NCBI GenBank assembly: GCA_051532055.1
Contig: JAOPTX010000095.1
Coordinates: 1 to 22,437, forward strand
Direction of reading: 5' to 3'
From: Fibrobacterales bacterium
Lineage (GTDB): Bacteria > Fibrobacterota > Fibrobacteria > Fibrobacterales > JAOPTW01
DNA length: 22,437 bases
The position numbers and the translations under genes are program-made. This document shows positions 17,052 through 22,437 of the stretch, one piece after another (the stretch's first letter is position 1; every line of letters begins with the position of its first letter). The notes beneath the pieces were generated by a model. It made no database searches. It had not been told where the DNA came from and worked only from the letters and a program-made list of their open reading frames with translations.

Positions 17052-18644
17052 TTACTGAGGCCCCCGGGAAGAAAACGACGCTTTAATATCAGATTTAAGT
17101 AACGCAACTCCAGCTTCCCATTCACGATATTTTTCATCACTACCAAAAAACTCTTTACTCTCTTTCTTCACTTCAAGGTCAAGGAGTGCTACCCACTCGT
17201 CAATTTTTTCAAAGATATACTCTTCATTCATATACGTACTGTAGAACTCCTCTTTGAGAGTATTATGGTGATCTTCATAGAGTGTGAGCATATGTATAAT
17301 ATCATCACAAGCCGCTGAACGTTGTTTACCTAACATTCCATCAAATGGTTCACACTCATTACGAGTTTTATTCCATGCATCTTGTACCAAAGTATATGTA
17401 TTATGTATGTTATCGGGATTTACATTATCAAAAGCATTGTCCATATCCCATGGAATAAGATGGAGTTTTTGCGTTGCTGGTTCCTGGTACCAAAACAAAT
17501 TATGAGGATAACAACCCACACCCTCACTACAGTACCATTTAAATACTCCATCATCATTTGCAATGGCCCGATCAACCACCACATTGCGAAGTATTTCATC
17601 GACTGCAAAATATTTTTCAAATATCTTTTTGCGATTAACATCTCCATCTGCATTCAGAAACTGAGTGATGACATCCACCATCTGGGAAACATCTGGTGAA
17701 TCTTCGTTGGTTTTCAAGAGGTCTTCCAATATATAGGCTGGCATAGACATACCTTCATTAGCTACAGGCCATGCCTCTTTAAAAAGGTTCCCCTCTGAAT
17801 CATCAGGAAAGTGGTGTTCAACAAACTCTTTGTCAACTTGTTCGATAACACCATACAGACCCATATAGGTATCATTAAAATAGAGATGTGCACTCGAACT
17901 CCGCGAAGCAGGCACATCAAAAACGTTATACAGATGATAGGCCAATCGGTCATGTAGTTTCGAACCATCGAGATTTTGACTATGGAGTTGCAATTTACGT
18001 AACCCATAAAAACGCCCTCCCGTATCTTTCCAATTAAATTTAATTTTGACAGAACACTTGGCATCTTCCAGCTTGGGAGTGGATTGATTAAAAATATCTT
18101 GTGTACACCCGACCCAACCCCCAACAGAACCTTTATAGCGCACACCTACAGGTTGAATGGTATCTCCTTCAAAGACAAGCGTTGCCTCAACATACTCTTC
18201 ACGCCCAGGGAGTGCATCGAGAAACTCCCAATCCTTTTCATCGATCACAACTTGATAACTCCGGATAACACTTGGATCAAAAATATAGGAAGGTTTTTCC
18301 TTTACTTCTTCAGCGCTACTCGCGGAACTTTGTCCGACAGAAGACGGCGTCCCACTTATAGAGCTCGACTCCGTACCTACGTGAGATGAGCCTTGAAAAC
18401 TACCGCTTGAAAGACTACTACTCAAACGCCCTGAATCACTGACACCACTTGATCGGTCACTTTTACCTTGAGATGAAGATTCGCTGCTCATCTGTTGAGA
18501 TGACTCGTCTCCGACGGAATGCACCGAAGAGAACGTATCTTGATTTTGAATAGCCTCAGAGCACCCTAACAGTAGAGTGACACTCAGAAATAGTAATCCC
18601 GATATTCTGAAAAATATTATTGGCCTATTTTGAGTTAAATACAT
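17052..18644 (-). CDS. CotH-family (atypical secreted kinase) lipoprotein with N-terminal Ser-rich linker
   Basis: Lipobox LLLG-C and poly-Ser linker. CotH motifs: VGVRYKG, KCSVKIKFN, FYGLRKLQL, DRLAYHLY..FDVPASR, LYFNDTYMGLYGVIEQVD, GNLFKE, NDD, HNLFWY, LIPWDMDNAF. Confidence 0.88.
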   Translation of the reverse strand: MYLTQNRPIIFFRISGLLFLSVTLLLGCSEAIQNQDTFSSVHSVGDESSQQMSSESSSQGKSDRSSGVSDSGRLSSSLSSGSFQGSSHVGTESSSISGTPSSVGQSSASSAEEVKEKPSYIFDPSVIRSYQVVIDEKDWEFLDALPGREEYVEATLVFEGDTIQPVGVRYKGSVGGWVGCTQDIFNQSTPKLEDAKCSVKIKFNWKDTGGRFYGLRKLQLHSQNLDGSKLHDRLAYHLYNVFDVPASRSSSAHLYFNDTYMGLYGVIEQVDKEFVEHHFPDDSEGNLFKEAWPVANEGMSMPAYILEDLLKTNEDSPDVSQMVDVITQFLNADGDVNRKKIFEKYFAVDEILRNVVVDRAIANDDGVFKWYCSEGVGCYPHNLFWYQEPATQKLHLIPWDMDNAFDNVNPDNIHNTYTLVQDAWNKTRNECEPFDGMLGKQRSAACDDIIHMLTLYEDHHNTLKEEFYSTYMNEEYIFEKIDEWVALLDLEVKKESKEFFGSDEKYREWEAGVALLKSDIKASFSSRGPQ

Positions 18645-18813
18645 CGTCCCTCACGTCCCCATAATTGCCTACTACATATATATGTTGCGGCATGCATAAA
18701 TTAAATTATAGAAACTGAGCAAGGGCATGTTTTAACATTAATTACAATAATTTTCTTTGGAAAACAGTATGAGAATGCTGCACGTACAAGGCGCAGACAC
18801 TTTTACCAAATAA

Positions 18814-20520
18814 CTAAAACTTTTCGAGCCAGAAACTTTGTGGTGTCCCCGCAGTTGGGAACAGTGCTGAATTATACCGAGTGCTCACCATCGAACCACC
18901 ATCAATTAATTGTTCGATCACTATGGGAACATCAAGAGCGTTAGTCATTTGATACATAATCCGATCCTTCATAAGAACCATTCGATCCACTGTTGATCCA
19001 TCGGTTATTGAATCGATAGTCGTAACCGTATCCTCAGCATATATCTTCAATTTCTGATTTTCGGTCACCCACAAAACCCGTTCCGCATCAGTAACAATAA
19101 GTGACACCCTTTCTTGCTCAATCACAAGGTCTTTCACCACAACACCATCAAAACGTCTGATGGTATCAGCACCAGATTGAAAGCCCGTATTCCAAACCAT
19201 AGAGTGAGAATGTAAGGCTGTTACTGCGACTCCAACAATTGAATCAAAAGGAATAGTATCAATGATCTGAATACCATTATCGGGAGTCCAAACAGAAATT
19301 TCTGTTATTCCTTCAGAATAATGCACAGCAGAAAAGCTAAACCAATCATCATAGGCTTGAAGATTTTCAATAGTACCCTTCGTAGTGAACTCTTTAATAC
19401 TATCAGTTCCATATATATATACTCCTTTCGTATCTACCCCAGTAACGATAAGCTTATCTGTAAACAACTGCCCATTAATACTCGGTAGAGTATCAATTAT
19501 TTTTTCCTGTCTAATATCATAGAGTACATTGACTACATATTCACCAGAGCCCTCTGGGTAGGCTCCTATGACCAAACGATCTCCCCAAAGTTGTATCACT
19601 CGATTTGAAGAGTCAAAAGACTTATAGGTCATGGAGGTCGGAATATTGTCCAAATCAGGAAAGAGTGGCTCCACTAGGTCATATACTCCCGGCGGAGAAA
19701 GTATATGCAGTGAATCACCTTCCCAGAGCCAAAAACCACCTTGCCATTCATTATAAGGGAAAGTAAAAAACACCACTTGATCAAGATATGCTGCGCTATA
19801 GATAGGCTGAGAGTCAGGTTGAAACAATGACCGAGCCCCGTTACTATACCACTGGCGCATATCCTCGCCTCCCCCAACATCTATCACCATTGCACTTGCT
19901 GAGTATTGAGTATCAACGTTATGAGCAACAGTATCAGTAGCTCCATCACTAATAACGGTATCAACAACTGAAACCTCACTATTTCCATGCTCTTTAATGA
20001 CCCCAACAGAGTCCCCTTCTTCCACAATGATTATCAAACTTTCAGTAAATTCATTTACGGCGGTCAGATAGACACTGCAATCATCTAAATAATACACCAA
20101 AGAGTCTTCTAAAAAGTGGGGGAGTTCATCAGAAAACCAAAACATTTGTTTCACCCCAATCTCATGAGTAAGTCGAAAGGGCTTCAAAGGCGAGAGAGGA
20201 ATAGTAAGAGATTGGGAATTCTCAGAAAAAATATAGGACTCAATTACCTCTGCATAGTCCCACTCTTTTTTTACAACAACACTATATTCTCTCTCATCTA
20301 TTTGAGTGAAGGTAAATTGACCGTTTTCATCACTAACTGTTTCGTAAAGGAGAGAATCAGGAAGAGGGGTATTATATAATGCAACTTTTGCTGCTACAGG
20401 ATTATCACCGACTACTACAATTCCTGAGAGTGAATTACCAGAAGAATCATTTGACACACTACACCCAGTTATACTAGTGAGTATCATTATGAGTAAATAA
20501 AAATGAATATATGCCCGCAT
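18814..20520 (-). CDS. Lipoprotein with N-terminal carboxypeptidase-regulatory-like domain and beta-rich (possibly propeller) C-terminal region
   Basis: Lipobox ITG-C. SLSGIVVVGDNPVAAKVALY...TVSDENGQFTFTQIDEREYSVVV fits CarboxypepD_reg-like domains. The C-terminal ~330 aa has repeating short beta strands. Confidence 0.7.
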   Translation of the reverse strand: MRAYIHFYLLIMILTSITGCSVSNDSSGNSLSGIVVVGDNPVAAKVALYNTPLPDSLLYETVSDENGQFTFTQIDEREYSVVVKKEWDYAEVIESYIFSENSQSLTIPLSPLKPFRLTHEIGVKQMFWFSDELPHFLEDSLVYYLDDCSVYLTAVNEFTESLIIIVEEGDSVGVIKEHGNSEVSVVDTVISDGATDTVAHNVDTQYSASAMVIDVGGGEDMRQWYSNGARSLFQPDSQPIYSAAYLDQVVFFTFPYNEWQGGFWLWEGDSLHILSPPGVYDLVEPLFPDLDNIPTSMTYKSFDSSNRVIQLWGDRLVIGAYPEGSGEYVVNVLYDIRQEKIIDTLPSINGQLFTDKLIVTGVDTKGVYIYGTDSIKEFTTKGTIENLQAYDDWFSFSAVHYSEGITEISVWTPDNGIQIIDTIPFDSIVGVAVTALHSHSMVWNTGFQSGADTIRRFDGVVVKDLVIEQERVSLIVTDAERVLWVTENQKLKIYAEDTVTTIDSITDGSTVDRMVLMKDRIMYQMTNALDVPIVIEQLIDGGSMVSTRYNSALFPTAGTPQSFWLEKF

Positions 20521-20605
20521 TGTGTCCCTTTCTCATGTGAGAGACTGCATTGTAGCTTTTTTAATAGGGCTTTCGTATTTGATTAATCTTTTTTTACAAT
20601 GTCAC

Positions 20606-20645
20606 AAAAAAAGCTCCACCACCACAAGGGTAGTTGGAGCTTTTT
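20606..20645 (-). terminator. Rho-independent terminator downstream of the GLUG-repeat gene (likely bidirectional)
   Basis: AAAAAAAGCTCCA-ccaccacaagggtagt-TGGAGCTTTTT. Minus-strand stems GCUCCA/UGGAGC and CUACC/GGUGG, followed by U7. Confidence 0.82.
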
Positions 20646-20665
20646 AAGGCAGATATGCACATACA

Positions 20666-22435
20666 TTAGTGAAATTTGACGATCACTAACCCATGAGTGA
20701 GAAATGGAGGGAGGGAACTCTCACCCATATGCACACTGCCTTCTGTAATTTTTTTACCATGTATCGAATAAAGGGTATACGAGTTTGCAAATTCAGGGGC
20801 ATGTTGAATGGTATACGAAACATCACTCATTCTCACCATACGAGAATATCCAGTCCCCTGATATCCATTGAATAACACAGGAGAGACCCCTGTCGAATCA
20901 AGTGAACTACTCGAATATCCAACACTCGCTGCACTTGAGAGCCCACCATCATCAATACTCCCCTCATAGAGTACACTTGAACTTTCTTGCGCTAGACTAG
21001 AACTAGTGACATCCATATCACCTCCTCCTACGGGAATCACTGGATTACTCGTATCAGGAATGGTACCTGCCGTACCCGTGTTGGTAGACTCAGGGACATC
21101 AGTTACGGTCACCACAAGCGTTACTACAGCCGTAGTATCAACCCCATCGGTCACTCTAACAGGCACCGCTAGTGACCCAACATAATCCTTCACTGGTGTC
21201 ACTACCGCCCCAGCAACCGTATAATACTCTCCAACTCCTACAATAACCTGAAGTGCATCACCATCAATATCAGCACCATCTGTCATTGCAAGAGACACAG
21301 TAAGTGCCGCTTCTTCGAGCATATTTTGTGGATATGTTTCAGTAAGTGTCGGCCCATCGTTCGATGGGGTCACTACCACAACAACATTCCCTGTTGCCGT
21401 TAAATCACCGTCTGAAACAACATAGGTTATGATTGATGATCCATTCCAATTATTCAATGGAGTATATACTATCGATGTACCATCTGCCACAACGCCACCT
21501 GTCAGTCCGGTACTTACATAACTCACTAGAGAAATAAAATCATTCTCTGTATCATAATCATTTGCAATAAATAGTTGAGGGTCAATGGTATAGGCACCAT
21601 CTTCGGCCACAACAATAGTATCAACCGTTGCAATGGGTGCGGTATTTACACTATTGGTTAAGAATGCAACCCCCCTACTCCACAATGTATCTCCCGAATT
21701 AAGTTGCTTCATTAATCGGTAAAATACCGTGTCCTGAGTTCCTTTGGGAACCGATTGAGAAAACGAATACCACGTCAACGAATCAGTTGTTCCCTGACCA
21801 TCTATAGTCTCAATAGAAAGCGTCAACGATGCGTCAGGAGAACCCCCATCAAAATCATTATCCATCAAACGTACAAGATTAAAAGAACTCCCTACGGCAA
21901 AAGTATCAGGAGCAGCAAAGGGAGGCGTTTCCATATCTTGTAATACAGGATGCGTTTCGCCTTCATTCATCATCCAGGTAGAATCAAAATCCCAATAATA
22001 GTACGACTGTCTTTTGAATTGTGCACTATCAGATAACAAAGCATAATCCTTTCCATTCATTCCATCCGACCACTGTTGATTAGTAACTGATGTATTCCAA
22101 AAAGAGTGAGTAATCGTCCCCGTAGTATACGAGGTAATGCCTCCACCAAAGAGATCCTCGACGTACCCACCTGCATAACTTGCTGATATAAGTCCACCAT
22201 TATACCCACTGATTCCTGCACCTTCACTCCCCTTAACAGTGCTATACGTATAGGTGTTCGTTATTTCACCAGGGCTATTACTATTACTACACGAATGATC
22301 TCCTTGTACTTCACCCGCAATACCACCAACAGCGGACTCTCCTTTTACAATTCCTGAAGTAAAACTCCGATCGATCACTCCTTGTAAATAACCAACGAGA
22401 CCACCAACATTGTACTCCCCATGTACAGATCCAAC
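20666..22435 (-). CDS. Large surface protein, C-terminal part (5' truncated): GLUG repeats, Ig/cadherin-like (Big_9/tandem-95-type) repeats, Ser-rich linker and C-terminal sorting-like domain
   Basis: The frame is open to the window edge (VGSVHGEYNVGGLVGYLQG precedes the called GTG start). GLUG motifs VGGLVG and VGGIAG; WDFDSTWMM...HPVL cap; Ig repeats NTAPIATVD..EDG..NDYDTEND..YTP..WNG..YVVSDG and NDGP..EE..DIDGD. Confidence 0.85.
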   Translation of the reverse strand, partial: VGSVHGEYNVGGLVGYLQGVIDRSFTSGIVKGESAVGGIAGEVQGDHSCSNSNSPGEITNTYTYSTVKGSEGAGISGYNGGLISASYAGGYVEDLFGGGITSYTTGTITHSFWNTSVTNQQWSDGMNGKDYALLSDSAQFKRQSYYYWDFDSTWMMNEGETHPVLQDMETPPFAAPDTFAVGSSFNLVRLMDNDFDGGSPDASLTLSIETIDGQGTTDSLTWYSFSQSVPKGTQDTVFYRLMKQLNSGDTLWSRGVAFLTNSVNTAPIATVDTIVVAEDGAYTIDPQLFIANDYDTENDFISLVSYVSTGLTGGVVADGTSIVYTPLNNWNGSSIITYVVSDGDLTATGNVVVVVTPSNDGPTLTETYPQNMLEEAALTVSLAMTDGADIDGDALQVIVGVGEYYTVAGAVVTPVKDYVGSLAVPVRVTDGVDTTAVVTLVVTVTDVPESTNTGTAGTIPDTSNPVIPVGGGDMDVTSSSLAQESSSVLYEGSIDDGGLSSAASVGYSSSSLDSTGVSPVLFNGYQGTGYSRMVRMSDVSYTIQHAPEFANSYTLYSIHGKKITEGSVHMGESSLPPFLTHGLVIVKFH

Positions 22436-22437
22436 AG

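Noticed and set aside
17052..18644. Interpreting CotH as evidence of sporulation
   Set aside because: CotH-family domains are widespread in non-sporulating bacteria. This one is a lipoprotein in a diderm-type gene context.
1..22437. CRISPR array, tRNA/rRNA, IS/integron/prophage or anti-phage defence system
   Set aside because: I saw no regularly spaced repeats, cloverleaf, transposase/integrase, nuclease or phage motifs. The remaining short ORFs in the track are antisense or out-of-frame overlaps of the called genes.

Overview
AT-rich (roughly 40% GC by eye) bacterial chromosomal segment with 15 credible CDSs, two of them truncated by the window edges. I see no rRNA, tRNA, CRISPR array, transposase or integrase. 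The window is dominated by exported proteins with long Ser-rich linkers: a CE1/LpqC-type esterase lipoprotein, a signal-peptide-bearing AGE/cellobiose-2-epimerase-family protein, a CBM13-GH97 fusion, a LamG lipoprotein, a CotH-family kinase lipoprotein and a GLUG/Ig-repeat surface protein. Other exported proteins are a fibro-slime (PA14) protein, a putative beta-propeller lipoprotein and an orphan family-3 solute-binding protein. The rest are an FMN-binding glutamate-synthase-family protein, a divergent PiT transporter, a TPR fragment and three small hypothetical proteins. The fibro-slime domain, poly-Ser linkers and T9SS-like C-terminal tails point to a Fibrobacterota-like (FCB) polysaccharide degrader (inference). 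The best leads are: (1) a secreted AGE-superfamily enzyme with a rewired active site, next to a secreted inverting GH97; (2) a shared divergent C-terminal sorting domain on three unrelated proteins; (3) a surface CotH kinase alongside casein-like SSSEE/SxE linkers; (4) a small protein resembling an isolated sigma-54 ELH-HTH segment; (5) a shared long palindrome in two intergenic regions. All family calls come from motif recognition by eye, not from database searches.
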